From contig JAGHJI010000064.1 of the NCBI GenBank assembly GCA_017886765.1, positions 24 through 64,023 on the forward strand: a stretch of DNA of 64,000 bases, read 5' to 3'. Shown here piece after piece: positions 48,322 through 58,383 of the stretch. A program made the translations under genes and the position numbers. Under the pieces are notes generated by a model. It searched no databases, was not told where the DNA came from, and was given only the letters and a program-made list of their open reading frames with translations. The DNA is from Eubacterium sp. Its GTDB lineage: Bacteria; Bacillota; Clostridia; Oscillospirales; Acutalibacteraceae. Position 1 is the first letter of the stretch. Every line of letters begins with the position of its first letter.

Positions 48322-49104
48322 ATGGAAGAAAACAGAGAAATTAGCATAGATTTAAGAAAAGTATTTTCTATGTTAAAGAAAAAAATAATTTTCATAGTAA
48401 TCATCTCCTTAATAGGCGCTGTGCTGGCAGGATGTATTACAAACTTTTTTATTGAGCCGAAGTATACCGCAACAATAAAAATGCACGTTTACAGCAGCAG
48501 TGATAACAGAGTAGCCTCAAGCAGCTCCATTTCATCCAGTGAGATTGAGGCGTCCAAACAGCTTGTAAACACATATCTCGTTGTTGTAAACAGCGACACC
48601 TTTGCACAGAAGGTTGCCGACCGGCTTGATAACGGAATTACTCCCGAGCAAATACAGTCAATGATGTCCAGTTCACAGATCGAGGAAACCCTGGCTTTTC
48701 AGGTAAACGTAACCAGCACTGACCCTCAGCTTGCGGCAGATGTTGCAAATGCGATTGCAAATACATGCCCTGATGAGATCGTAAGAATACTCAAGGTCGG
48801 CGGCGTTGAGGTTATCGACTATGCATCCGTTCCCGATTCGCCGTCATCGCCGAATCTTCAGAAAAACATACTGATCGGACTGCTTTTCAGTTTTGCCGTT
48901 TCCTTTGTTTTCTTCTTTGTTAAAGAACTGTTTGATACAAGCATTACTGACGAAAAGGATCTGGAAAGAGAATTCGATATTCCAATTCTCGGAACCATAC
49001 CAAGGCTCGTTCCTGTAACAGAGAAATCCAAAACGGAGCAAAATATTGAGCCGCCGAAACCGTCTATTGAAAACATAGGCAAAGAAAAGGAGGGCGCAAA
49101 ATAA
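48322..49104 (+). CDS. cpsC: Polysaccharide co-polymerase / chain-length regulator (CpsC/Wzd)
   Basis: EISIDLRKVF, two TM helices, PKYTAT, A..IAN and A..P..PSSPN motifs. Confidence 0.9.
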   Translation: MEENREISIDLRKVFSMLKKKIIFIVIISLIGAVLAGCITNFFIEPKYTATIKMHVYSSSDNRVASSSSISSSEIEASKQLVNTYLVVVNSDTFAQKVADRLDNGITPEQIQSMMSSSQIEETLAFQVNVTSTDPQLAADVANAIANTCPDEIVRILKVGGVEVIDYASVPDSPSSPNLQKNILIGLLFSFAVSFVFFFVKELFDTSITDEKDLEREFDIPILGTIPRLVPVTEKSKTEQNIEPPKPSIENIGKEKEGAK

Positions 49105-49919
49105 TGGCATTCTCAAATAAAAGAATCACAAAGAAAAACAAAAAGGATGCAAAAGCGGCAAGCTTTACCAGAGATGACCAGAAAAAGATTCTCTGTGCCG
49201 ACTCTCCTTTCGTTGTAAAAGAAGCCTATAATTCCATAAGGACAAATTTGCTTTTTACCCAGCAGGGTGAAAAATGCCCCGTTTTTGTTGTTTCAAGCCC
49301 TACGGCAAATAACGGCAAGTCCATAAACGCTATCAATATGGCGATCTCCTTTTCCCAGATGGGGAAAAGAACGCTGCTTATAGACGCGGACATGCGCAAT
49401 CCCACCGTTCACCGTATGTTTTCCATACCGGTAAAAAACGGTCTTTCTGAAATCCTGGCAGGTCTTACAGACAGTATCACCGTATCAAAAACGGATATTG
49501 AAAATCTTTCCATCCTGACCGCAGGTAAAATCCCACCGAATCCGGCAGAACTTCTGGCCTCCGCAAGGATGGACCAGCTCCTTGAATTCGTTAAGGAAAG
49601 ATACGACTGTGTACTGATTGACACACCTCCGGTCAATCTTGTGACGGATTCAACAGCATTCGCCTCAAAGGCAACGGGATACATCATCGTTGTAAAGCTT
49701 GAAACCACTGATTTACAGGATGTAAGGACGACTGTAAATTCACTTAAGCATATCGGGGCGCCGATCGTTGGGTTCATTATGAACGACGCAAACGCTTCCG
49801 GAAAGCGTTACAGCTCTTATTATAAGAGGAGATACAACCGCTCGAAGTACAATTATTACTACAACTATAACTATAATTACAGTTATGGATATAACAACTA
49901 TTACAACAGATATAAATAA
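49104..49919 (+). CDS. cpsD: BY-kinase (CpsD/Wze) with a very Tyr-rich tail
   Basis: EAYNSIRTNL, Walker A variant PTANNGKS, LLIDADMRNP, VLIDTPP and C-terminal Tyr cluster. Confidence 0.92.
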   Translation: MAFSNKRITKKNKKDAKAASFTRDDQKKILCADSPFVVKEAYNSIRTNLLFTQQGEKCPVFVVSSPTANNGKSINAINMAISFSQMGKRTLLIDADMRNPTVHRMFSIPVKNGLSEILAGLTDSITVSKTDIENLSILTAGKIPPNPAELLASARMDQLLEFVKERYDCVLIDTPPVNLVTDSTAFASKATGYIIVVKLETTDLQDVRTTVNSLKHIGAPIVGFIMNDANASGKRYSSYYKRRYNRSKYNYYYNYNYNYSYGYNNYYNRYK

Positions 49920-49934
49920 GCAGGTGTTTTAAGG

Positions 49935-51431
49935 ATGGACAAACGCAACAGAATGCAGAAACACTCTGAATTTTTTGTGGGATTATTTTCAATCCTATTT
50001 GCCAATTTAAGCAGTTATGTTTTTTTCACGCAGTTTATCCCCAAAATTCTTGAATACAGCCGTGACAGTTGGGTGGAATACTGTATTGTTGTGCTGTTTT
50101 CCTATCTCATCGTCTTTTTTTGTTTTTATTATCCGGTAAATCTGCACAAGCGCAGTAAACCCATGGAAATATCGGCAACGCTGAGAAACTGTCTGATAAC
50201 CTACGCTCTTTTGTCTGTATTGTTGCTGCTGACTAAAAATGATATCCTCCATTCGCGTTATCTTTATATAAGCAGTTTTTTCACCTATTGCGCATTTTCA
50301 CTTTTAGGCAGGTATATTTATAAAAAAATCATGCTGAAAAAGTTTTCCAAAAGTAAAATTGCAACGATTACAGGCGTTATCTCCACTGTGGAAAAGGCAA
50401 ATGATTTAATACCTAAGCTCAAAACAGACTGGACAAAAAACGTAAAGGCTGTAGCGCTTCTTGACACAGTGTATGAAGGCGGAGCGTATAAAAAGCCCAA
50501 TAAATTCACGTACGCAAACGGATCAACCGCTACACAAACACTTGAGATCATTAACGATGTGGACGGTGTCCCGGTAGTCGCAAATAAAGACAATCTAATG
50601 GGATGGATCCGTACCGCTTCACTTGATGAAGTCTATATTAATCTTCCTGCCGGCAACGAGCATGACGTTGCGCAGTACATAGAAGAGCTGGAGGATATGG
50701 GAATTGTTGTTAACGTAAATGTCCCATCGCTTGAGAAAATACTTGAAGAAAGTAAGTTTAACAATCTGAAATGCGACGTGAAAGCGGACATACCCATGGC
50801 AATATTTTCACCCGCGGTACATAATCCGACGCAGCTGACGATAAAGCGAATCATTGATTTTATCGGCGGACTGGTCGGCAGCATCGTTTCCCTGCCCATT
50901 ATACTGATAACGGCAATTCCACTTTTATTGGAGTCCCCCGGTCCGCTGATTTTCAAACAGCAAAGGATCGGAAGAAACGGCAGAGTCTTTAACATTTACA
51001 AACTTCGTTCCATGTATGTCGATGCTGAAGAGCGCAAAAAGGCACTGATGGAGCAAAACAAAATGAACGGTTTTATGTTCAAGATGGACAACGACCCCAG
51101 AATTACGAAGGTCGGTAAGTTCATTCGCAAAACCAGCATTGACGAACTGCCCCAGTTCTGGAATGTGCTTAAGGGTGATATGAGCCTTGTAGGCACCCGT
51201 CCGCCAACCATTGACGAATTTGAAAAATATGAAAGTCATCATAAGAGAAGGCTTTCCCTTAACCCCGGAATCACCGGTCTTTGGCAGGTATCCGGCAGAT
51301 CAAATATTCAGAATTTTGAAGAAGTCGTAAAACTCGACTGTGAGTATATTGACAACTGGTCACTGTGGCTCGATATAAAAATATTATTTAAGACAGTGGG
51401 CGTTGTTCTAACACACAAGGGCGCGGAATAG
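49935..51431 (+). CDS. Priming glycosyl-1-phosphate transferase (CpsE/WcaJ family)
   Basis: Four N-terminal TMs; KRIIDFIG, FKQQRIG, KLRSM, DPRITKVGKFIRKTSIDELPQ, VGTRP and PGITGLWQVSGRS. Confidence 0.93.
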   Translation: MDKRNRMQKHSEFFVGLFSILFANLSSYVFFTQFIPKILEYSRDSWVEYCIVVLFSYLIVFFCFYYPVNLHKRSKPMEISATLRNCLITYALLSVLLLLTKNDILHSRYLYISSFFTYCAFSLLGRYIYKKIMLKKFSKSKIATITGVISTVEKANDLIPKLKTDWTKNVKAVALLDTVYEGGAYKKPNKFTYANGSTATQTLEIINDVDGVPVVANKDNLMGWIRTASLDEVYINLPAGNEHDVAQYIEELEDMGIVVNVNVPSLEKILEESKFNNLKCDVKADIPMAIFSPAVHNPTQLTIKRIIDFIGGLVGSIVSLPIILITAIPLLLESPGPLIFKQQRIGRNGRVFNIYKLRSMYVDAEERKKALMEQNKMNGFMFKMDNDPRITKVGKFIRKTSIDELPQFWNVLKGDMSLVGTRPPTIDEFEKYESHHKRRLSLNPGITGLWQVSGRSNIQNFEEVVKLDCEYIDNWSLWLDIKILFKTVGVVLTHKGAE

Positions 51432-51470
51432 ACAAACTTTTTTTATTAAATACAATACATTGGTGACAAA

Positions 51471-52595
51471 ATGAAAATTGCAATGATAGGCCACAAAAGG
51501 ATACCCTCACGGGAAGGCGGAATTGAGATCGTAGTGGACAAACTCTCGTCCGGTCTTGTAAAAAGAGGGCATACCGTGGTGGCATACAACCGCAAAGGGC
51601 ACCATGTTTCCGGCAGAGAATTTGAAAGCAACATAAATCTGAAAGAATACAACGGCGTGAAGCTCAAAACCGTTTTTACTTTTGAAAGCAGCAAACTTAA
51701 CGCCGTTGTATACAGCTTTCTGGCGGCGGTCAGGGCGTGTTTTAGCAATTATGATGTTGTGCACTTTCACGCAGAGGGCCCGGCGTCTATGTGCCCGCTG
51801 CCTAAACTTTTCGGGAAAAGAGTGATTGTCACCATCCACGGCCTTGACTGGCAAAGAGCAAAATGGGGCGGCTTCGCCACCCGTTTTCTTAAATTCGGGG
51901 AAAAAACGTCAGCTAAATACGCCGATGAAATCATCGTGCTTTCAAAAAACGTGCAGAAATACTTTCTGGATACATACGGCAGAAAAACGGTTTATATTCC
52001 TAACGGCGTGGAAAGATCGGAAATAAAAAGCGACGCCCTTCTCAAGGATAAATTCGGTATAGAAAAAGACGGTTACATTCTGTATCTCGGCAGGATCGTA
52101 CCAGAAAAGGGCGCGCATTATCTGATAAACGCCTACAAATGCCTTGATACCGACAAAAAGCTTGTCATCGCAGGAGGCTCCAGCCATACAAGCGAATATA
52201 TGAACGAAATCAAGGCGCTTGCGAAAGAGGATGAAAGGATCATCTTCACCGGATTTGTACAGGGAGAAATCCTTGAGGAGCTTTATTCTAACGCTTATAT
52301 TTATTGCCTGCCCAGTGACCTGGAGGGTATGCCTCTGAGTCTGCTGGAGGCAATGAGTTACGGCAACTGTTGCCTGACTTCCGACATACCGGAATGCACG
52401 GAAGTATGTGGAAATATGGCAGCAACATTTAAAAAAGGAAATGAAAAAGACCTGCAGGATAAGCTGCAGATGCTTTTGAATAACAAAGATATTGCAGATA
52501 AATACAGGCAGGGCGTTGCTGACTTTATCTGCAATACATTCAACTGGGACGATATTATCGACCGTACAGTTCAGCTTTATAAGGGTGAAAGATGA
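51471..52595 (+). CDS. Glycosyltransferase family 4
   Basis: GGIE, YLGRIVPEKG and EGMPLSLLEAMSYG. Confidence 0.9.
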   Translation: MKIAMIGHKRIPSREGGIEIVVDKLSSGLVKRGHTVVAYNRKGHHVSGREFESNINLKEYNGVKLKTVFTFESSKLNAVVYSFLAAVRACFSNYDVVHFHAEGPASMCPLPKLFGKRVIVTIHGLDWQRAKWGGFATRFLKFGEKTSAKYADEIIVLSKNVQKYFLDTYGRKTVYIPNGVERSEIKSDALLKDKFGIEKDGYILYLGRIVPEKGAHYLINAYKCLDTDKKLVIAGGSSHTSEYMNEIKALAKEDERIIFTGFVQGEILEELYSNAYIYCLPSDLEGMPLSLLEAMSYGNCCLTSDIPECTEVCGNMAATFKKGNEKDLQDKLQMLLNNKDIADKYRQGVADFICNTFNWDDIIDRTVQLYKGER

Positions 52596-53812
52596 AAATT
52601 TTAATGGTAAATAAGTTTCTGTATCCTAACGGCGGTTCTGAAACTTATATGTTTAAATTAGGCGAATACCTTACCTCTCTGGGACATGAAGTTGAATACT
52701 TCGGAATGGAGCACCCGAACAGATGCGTGGGGAATTCCGCTGACTGCTATACTGAAAATATGGATTTTCACAATTCCGGAGGATTAAAGAAAATCAAACT
52801 TTCTCTTAAAACGATTTATTCCGGAGAGGCTCGTGAAAAAATAGGTAAAGTAATAAACGATTTCAAACCTGATATTGTTCATCTGAACAATATAAATTTT
52901 CAGCTTACACCGTCAATTATTTATGAAATAAAGAAATATAACATTCCCATTGTTCAAACAGTGCATGATGTTCAGATGGCTTGTCCGAACCACAAAATGT
53001 ATATCGAGGAACAGGAAAGCACCTGCGATAAATGCCTGGACGGCAGATATATCAACTGTATCAAAAACAAATGCCTGCATAACTCGACGATGAAAAGCGT
53101 AATAGCGGCTGCCGAATCGTATTACTACCATGGCAGAAATACATATAACCTAATTGACTGTTTTATTTGCCCGAGTCAGTTTATGGCGGACACGATAACA
53201 CGAGCCGGAATAGAAAAATCAAGAACTGTTGTTATGCACAATTTCTGCGAAAAGCAGATAAATCTCCCCAAAAAAGACACAAGTAAAAAGTATGTGCTTT
53301 ATTTCGGCAGACTCAGTAAGGAAAAAGGCGTTCATACGCTGATTGATGTCTGCAGGGAACTTGAGAATATACATTTTGTTTTTGCCGGCACAGGTCCTCT
53401 GGAAGATTTGTGCCGTGATGTGAAAAACATTGATGCCGTCGGATTCAAATCCGGCGACGAATTAAAAGCACTCATCAGAAACGCAATGTTCTCCGTCAGC
53501 CCGTCGGAATGTTATGAAAACTGCTCTATGTCAATCATCGAATCTCTTTCTCTGGGGACGGCGGTAATCGGCGCCAATATAGGCGGGACACCGGAGCTTA
53601 TTGCCCCCGGTGAGACCGGACTTATATTTGAGTCAGGCAATAAGGCAAGTCTGAAAAACGCCATACAGACTCTTTATAATGATCCTGACGTCACAACGGT
53701 TATGAGTGATAAATGTATTGAGTACAGCCAAAACACCATTGAAAAATATACCGACAAGCTGTTGGAAATATATTCACAGCAATTAAGAAGGGAAAATCAA
53801 CTTCATGTCTAA
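52592..53812 (+). CDS. Glycosyltransferase family 4
   Basis: GGSETY, YFGRLSKEKG and ENCSMSIIESLSLG. Confidence 0.9.
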   Translation: MKILMVNKFLYPNGGSETYMFKLGEYLTSLGHEVEYFGMEHPNRCVGNSADCYTENMDFHNSGGLKKIKLSLKTIYSGEAREKIGKVINDFKPDIVHLNNINFQLTPSIIYEIKKYNIPIVQTVHDVQMACPNHKMYIEEQESTCDKCLDGRYINCIKNKCLHNSTMKSVIAAAESYYYHGRNTYNLIDCFICPSQFMADTITRAGIEKSRTVVMHNFCEKQINLPKKDTSKKYVLYFGRLSKEKGVHTLIDVCRELENIHFVFAGTGPLEDLCRDVKNIDAVGFKSGDELKALIRNAMFSVSPSECYENCSMSIIESLSLGTAVIGANIGGTPELIAPGETGLIFESGNKASLKNAIQTLYNDPDVTTVMSDKCIEYSQNTIEKYTDKLLEIYSQQLRRENQLHV

Positions 53813-54977
53813 AAAATTAAACGGAACAGTCATTGTTACATACCGCTGCAATGCCAGATGCAATATGTGCAACAGGTATAAAAAGCCGTCCAAACCGGAA
53901 GAGGAAATCACTGTTGAAACCATCAGGAAACTGCCGCCCATGTATTTCACAAACATCACCGGCGGAGAGCCCTTTATTCGTGAGGATCTGAAGGATATCG
54001 TCCGGGAGCTTTACAAAAAAAGCGACAGAATCGTCATCTCCACAAACGGCTTTTTCACGGACAGGATCATCGACCTTTGCAACGAGTTCCCGAATGTGGG
54101 TATAAGAATTTCCATTGAGGGTCTGGAGGAAACAAACAACGCGATCCGCGGTCTGGACGACGGCTTTAACAAAGGCTACACCACCCTCAAAAAACTGGTT
54201 GAATTGAAGCATCCCGACGTAGGTTTCGGCATGACTGTACAGGATGCCAACGCCAAGGACCTTGTGCCTCTTTACAAGCTCAGCGATGAGCTGAATATGG
54301 AATTTGCCACCGCTTCACTGCACAACTCCTTTTACTTTGTGGAGGCAAAGAACATTATCAAAGACAGACCTATGGTGGCTAAGGAATTTGAAAAGCTCAT
54401 TAACGAGCTGCTAAAATCCAATTCGCCGAAAAAATGGTTTAGGGCTTATTTTAACCACGGACTTATCAACTACATATACGGACAGAAAAGACTGCTCCCC
54501 TGCGATATGGCATTTGACACCTTCTTCATTGACCCCTATGGTGACGTTATGCCCTGCAACGGAACAAAGGAAAAAGAGGTTATGGGCAACCTGAACGAAA
54601 CCGATTGGGATACCCTCTGGAACAGCGCGCAAGCGGACAAGGTCAGAGAAAAGGTACGTCACTGCGACAGACAGTGCTGGATGATCGGCTCCGTATCTCC
54701 CGCTATGCACAAATACATTCAAAAACCCGCCACATGGGTGATCAAACATAAATTTCTGCGCTTTTTCAAAGAGCAGAAATATTCCATGTACGAAAACAAG
54801 ATCTGCCGTGACCTACGTGACGGTAAGGTGACAAAAGAAGAACTGGACAAGTTGTCCACCTGCGATATGAACGCCGTCGTAAACGATGGTCTTTCGGACA
54901 TATCAAGACAGCAGCTTAAGGACAAAACCGGCGAGGAGATCGTTGATGCGGATATCGCCGCGCAGATTAATAAGTAA
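53805..54977 (+). CDS. Radical SAM protein with a SPASM/twitch-type C-terminal Cys domain
   Basis: YRCNARCNMC (CxxxCxxC), ITGGEPF, and C...DPYGDVMPC...GNL...C..QC. Confidence 0.92.
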   Translation: MSKKLNGTVIVTYRCNARCNMCNRYKKPSKPEEEITVETIRKLPPMYFTNITGGEPFIREDLKDIVRELYKKSDRIVISTNGFFTDRIIDLCNEFPNVGIRISIEGLEETNNAIRGLDDGFNKGYTTLKKLVELKHPDVGFGMTVQDANAKDLVPLYKLSDELNMEFATASLHNSFYFVEAKNIIKDRPMVAKEFEKLINELLKSNSPKKWFRAYFNHGLINYIYGQKRLLPCDMAFDTFFIDPYGDVMPCNGTKEKEVMGNLNETDWDTLWNSAQADKVREKVRHCDRQCWMIGSVSPAMHKYIQKPATWVIKHKFLRFFKEQKYSMYENKICRDLRDGKVTKEELDKLSTCDMNAVVNDGLSDISRQQLKDKTGEEIVDADIAAQINK

Positions 54978-55001
54978 ATCAGTCTTTTGGGAGGATTGAT
55001 T

Positions 55002-56024
55002 ATGAACAAGACCATCAGCCGTTTAGATTATATTGACAAAATCAAAGCCCTTGCATGTGTTCTGGTTGTATTGGGACATTTTATTATGAGTATGGACGCA
55101 AGCAATATTCTGCCATATAACAGCTTTACGGAATGGTTTAAGGAAACCATTTACACTTTCCATGTTCAATTATTCTTCCTTTGCAGCGGTCTGCTGTATG
55201 TTTTTTCCATAAAACAAGGCAATCATTATAAATACGGTCCGTTTGTTTTTAAAAAGTTGATTGCTCTGGGTATTCCCTATCTGACGTTTACAACGATCAC
55301 CGTGCTGATGAAAATGCTTGCCGGAGATTCCGTAAATACGAAAACGGGCGGTTTGCTTTACACACTTTTTATTGAGCCTACAGCGCCTTATTGGTATTTA
55401 TATGTGCTTTTCTTTTTGTTTCTGATTATCCCTCCGTTTCAATCAAAAAAAGCAGTGAGCATTGTCCTCGGCGTCTCTTTGATTTTGAAAATTATAATGA
55501 TAACCGGTCTTTTGTCCGAAATGGAGCTGCCGTACTTTGTAACCGGTATAATGAATTATTCCATATGGTTTGTACTTGGCATGACGCTTGTCACATTTGA
55601 GTACAAGGCGGATAAAAAGTTTCTGATTTGCGGTGCGGCAGGGCTAATTGTTTTTCTGGCGTTAAGCGCAGTGTGGTATCATTTTTCCTTAACGGATAAT
55701 AAGGCTTTTGCTTTTATCTTAGGCGTTATCGCTGTCCTAAGTATTTCTACGCTGTTTTCAAACAGCAATATAAAAACAGACATAGTTACTAAGTTTTTGA
55801 TAAAATATAATCTTCCCATATATCTAATGCACACGATTTTTGCTGCAGGCGTTAGAATCGTACTTGTTAAACTGGGAATCACTGCCTGGTACATTCATAT
55901 TCCGGCAGGCCTTATCGCAACCTTTATCGGTCCGGCAATTGCCGCGTTCATAATGGAAAAGACAAGGTTTTTGGAAATATTTTTATATCCGACAAAACTT
56001 ATTAAAATATCGAGGAGCAAGTAG
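55002..56024 (+). CDS. Acyltransferase family 3 (polysaccharide O-acyl/acetyltransferase)
   Basis: RLDYIDKIKA...VVLGH, FHVQLFFLCSG, YWYL and LPIYLMH; multi-TM; GGAGG RBS before ATG 55002. Confidence 0.88.
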   Translation: MNKTISRLDYIDKIKALACVLVVLGHFIMSMDASNILPYNSFTEWFKETIYTFHVQLFFLCSGLLYVFSIKQGNHYKYGPFVFKKLIALGIPYLTFTTITVLMKMLAGDSVNTKTGGLLYTLFIEPTAPYWYLYVLFFLFLIIPPFQSKKAVSIVLGVSLILKIIMITGLLSEMELPYFVTGIMNYSIWFVLGMTLVTFEYKADKKFLICGAAGLIVFLALSAVWYHFSLTDNKAFAFILGVIAVLSISTLFSNSNIKTDIVTKFLIKYNLPIYLMHTIFAAGVRIVLVKLGITAWYIHIPAGLIATFIGPAIAAFIMEKTRFLEIFLYPTKLIKISRSK

Positions 56025-56026
56025 TT

Positions 56027-57145
56027 ATGGCTGACAAAAGCAAAAAGGTTGCGATCATCACACGTCACGCCGTATCAAACTACGGCTCTGTTCTGCAGGC
56101 ATACGCGCTGCAAAGCGCAATAAAATCTCTTGGCTTTGACTGTGAAATTATTGACTATATACGTGAAGACGAGGATTATAAGAACATTGCCGATACCCTG
56201 GTAAAAAGATCCGCATGGAATAAAAACGTCCTGACACGTCTAATTTACAAATCCATTCAGGCGCCGGAATATATCAGAATGGGCAGGGCATTTGAAAAAT
56301 ACAGAAAGGAATTACTCTGCGAAAGCGGCAGAAGATACGCTTCCCTTAAGGAGCTCAAACAAGATCCCCCAGCCGCTGATATGTATTGCACCGGTTCCGA
56401 TCAGGTATGGGGCGCCATAGGAAACGATGAAACCGACGGCGCGTATTTTCTTGACTTTGCGCCGAAAGGAAAGAAAAAAATCGCTTATGCGGCAAGTTTC
56501 GGAAAAACAGATATAAACGATAAAAACACAAATAAAATAAAAAAATATCTTGATGCTTATGACTTTTTAACTGTGCGTGAAAAAAGCGCGGCACAGCTTA
56601 TACAGAATATTGGAATAAATAACGTAAGACAGGTGCTTGACCCGACCCTGCTGCTTGACAAAAACCAGTGGAGCAAGCTGATCAAAGAGGAAATCCGTGA
56701 CAGATATGTGCTTTTATACCAGCTTCACAGCAATCCTCAAATGGACAGCTATGCCAAGAGTTTTGCTCAAAAGGCGGGACTTAAGCTCATCCGGCTTACT
56801 CCCCTTTTCCACAGAATATTCAAATCCGGAAAAGCGGTATATCTTCCGGATATCAGCGGCTTTTTATCCTACATAAAAAACGCGGAATATATGATTACCG
56901 ACTCTTTTCACGGTACGGCATTTGCAATCAATTTCAATACGCAGTTTATAGACATACTCCCCGGTGAAACAAAAACACGCAACCAGAGCATATTGGAACT
57001 CACCGGACTTACGAACAGAGTTCTGAACTCCTATGAGGATTACAGCTTTATAAACAGCAAAATAGATTTTACAAAAGCCAACGAGATTATCGCTGAAAAA
57101 CGCGTTGAATCCATCAATATACTTAAGAATATGCTGGAGGGCTGA
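56027..57145 (+). CDS. Polysaccharide pyruvyl transferase family protein
   Basis: NYGSVLQAYAL, GSDQVW, YAASFG, VRE, DPTLLL and TDSFHG motifs. Confidence 0.88.
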   Translation: MADKSKKVAIITRHAVSNYGSVLQAYALQSAIKSLGFDCEIIDYIREDEDYKNIADTLVKRSAWNKNVLTRLIYKSIQAPEYIRMGRAFEKYRKELLCESGRRYASLKELKQDPPAADMYCTGSDQVWGAIGNDETDGAYFLDFAPKGKKKIAYAASFGKTDINDKNTNKIKKYLDAYDFLTVREKSAAQLIQNIGINNVRQVLDPTLLLDKNQWSKLIKEEIRDRYVLLYQLHSNPQMDSYAKSFAQKAGLKLIRLTPLFHRIFKSGKAVYLPDISGFLSYIKNAEYMITDSFHGTAFAINFNTQFIDILPGETKTRNQSILELTGLTNRVLNSYEDYSFINSKIDFTKANEIIAEKRVESINILKNMLEG

Positions 57146-57154
57146 AAACAGATT

Positions 57155-58360
57155 ATGACCACGCCCGTACTTGTTGAGAAAAAGGAATACTGCTGCGGAT
57201 GCGCGGCATGTAAAGCCGTCTGCGGCGCCAACGCCATCACGATGAAAACCGACGAATACGGATTTGAATATCCGGTTATTGACAGCGACAAATGCGTAGG
57301 CTGCAAAAAGTGCGTCGAGGTGTGCGCTTATCAGAATGATACCAATCTGAACAAACCGCAATCTTCCTTCGCCGCCGTTTCAAAAAATACCGATGTTATG
57401 GAATCCGCGTCCGGAGGCGTTTTCGCTTGTGTTGCTACGGAATTTATAAAACAAGGCGGAACGGTTATCGGCTGTGCTCTGGAAAATATCCACGGGAAAC
57501 TCATACCGCATCATATAGTGGTTGATGATCTCCGTGATTTGAAAAAGCTGTTGGGCTCAAAATATGTGCAGAGCGATACTTCTGAAATTTTCAGTACGGT
57601 AAAAACACTGCTGAATGAGGAGAAAAAGGTTCTTTTTTCAGGAACACCATGTCAGGTGGCGGCGATTTATTCTTATCTGGGAAAAGAATATGAAAATTTG
57701 TTCACGATTGACCTGATCTGTCACGGCGTTCCCGGCAGAAAAATGTTCTGGGATTATTTGGATATGATTTCCAATAAATACGGCAAAGTCAAAGACTTTG
57801 TATTTCGTGACAAAAAAAGAGGTCTGACCTTTGTTTCCCGCATCTTGTGTGAATCCGGCGGAAAAGACAAAGTGAAATATATCCAGTACGGAGAAAGCTC
57901 CTATTACACCTATTTTCTGCAGTGCAACACATACCGAGACTGCTGTTACCGCTGCAAATACGCCGCCGGAGAAAGAGCCGGCGATATAACCATAGGTGAT
58001 TTTTGGGGAATAAAAAAGCAGCATCCTGAACTTTTCGATGGGAATCACCGGGAGTTTGACGCCGACAAGGGAATCAGCTGTATCCTGACGAACACGCAAA
58101 AGGGTAAATATCTTCTTGAACACTATGGAAAAGAAATGAGCCTATACCCCAGCACGTTTGAGAAAATATCGGAAGAAAACAAGCAACTATATGAACCCAG
58201 CGTACCGAAAGGCAACCGCGATAAAATAATGGAATGTTATAAAACTAAAGGATTTATTGCTCTTGACAGTTATTTTATAAATCAACAGGGAAGCAAAATA
58301 CTTCTTGCTAAGATAAAAGCAAAGATTCCCCTATGGGTAAAGAAAGCGATAAAAAAATAG
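57155..58360 (+). CDS. 4Fe-4S ferredoxin fused to an F420 hydrogenase/dehydrogenase beta-subunit-like (FrhB) domain
   Basis: CCGCAACKAVC, CVGCKKCVEVC, SASGG, SKYVQS, GTPCQV, DLICHGVP, CYRCKY and DITIGDFWG. Confidence 0.88.
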   Translation: MTTPVLVEKKEYCCGCAACKAVCGANAITMKTDEYGFEYPVIDSDKCVGCKKCVEVCAYQNDTNLNKPQSSFAAVSKNTDVMESASGGVFACVATEFIKQGGTVIGCALENIHGKLIPHHIVVDDLRDLKKLLGSKYVQSDTSEIFSTVKTLLNEEKKVLFSGTPCQVAAIYSYLGKEYENLFTIDLICHGVPGRKMFWDYLDMISNKYGKVKDFVFRDKKRGLTFVSRILCESGGKDKVKYIQYGESSYYTYFLQCNTYRDCCYRCKYAAGERAGDITIGDFWGIKKQHPELFDGNHREFDADKGISCILTNTQKGKYLLEHYGKEMSLYPSTFEKISEENKQLYEPSVPKGNRDKIMECYKTKGFIALDSYFINQQGSKILLAKIKAKIPLWVKKAIKK

Positions 58361-58383
58361 TATTATTTGACGGTGGAACAAAA

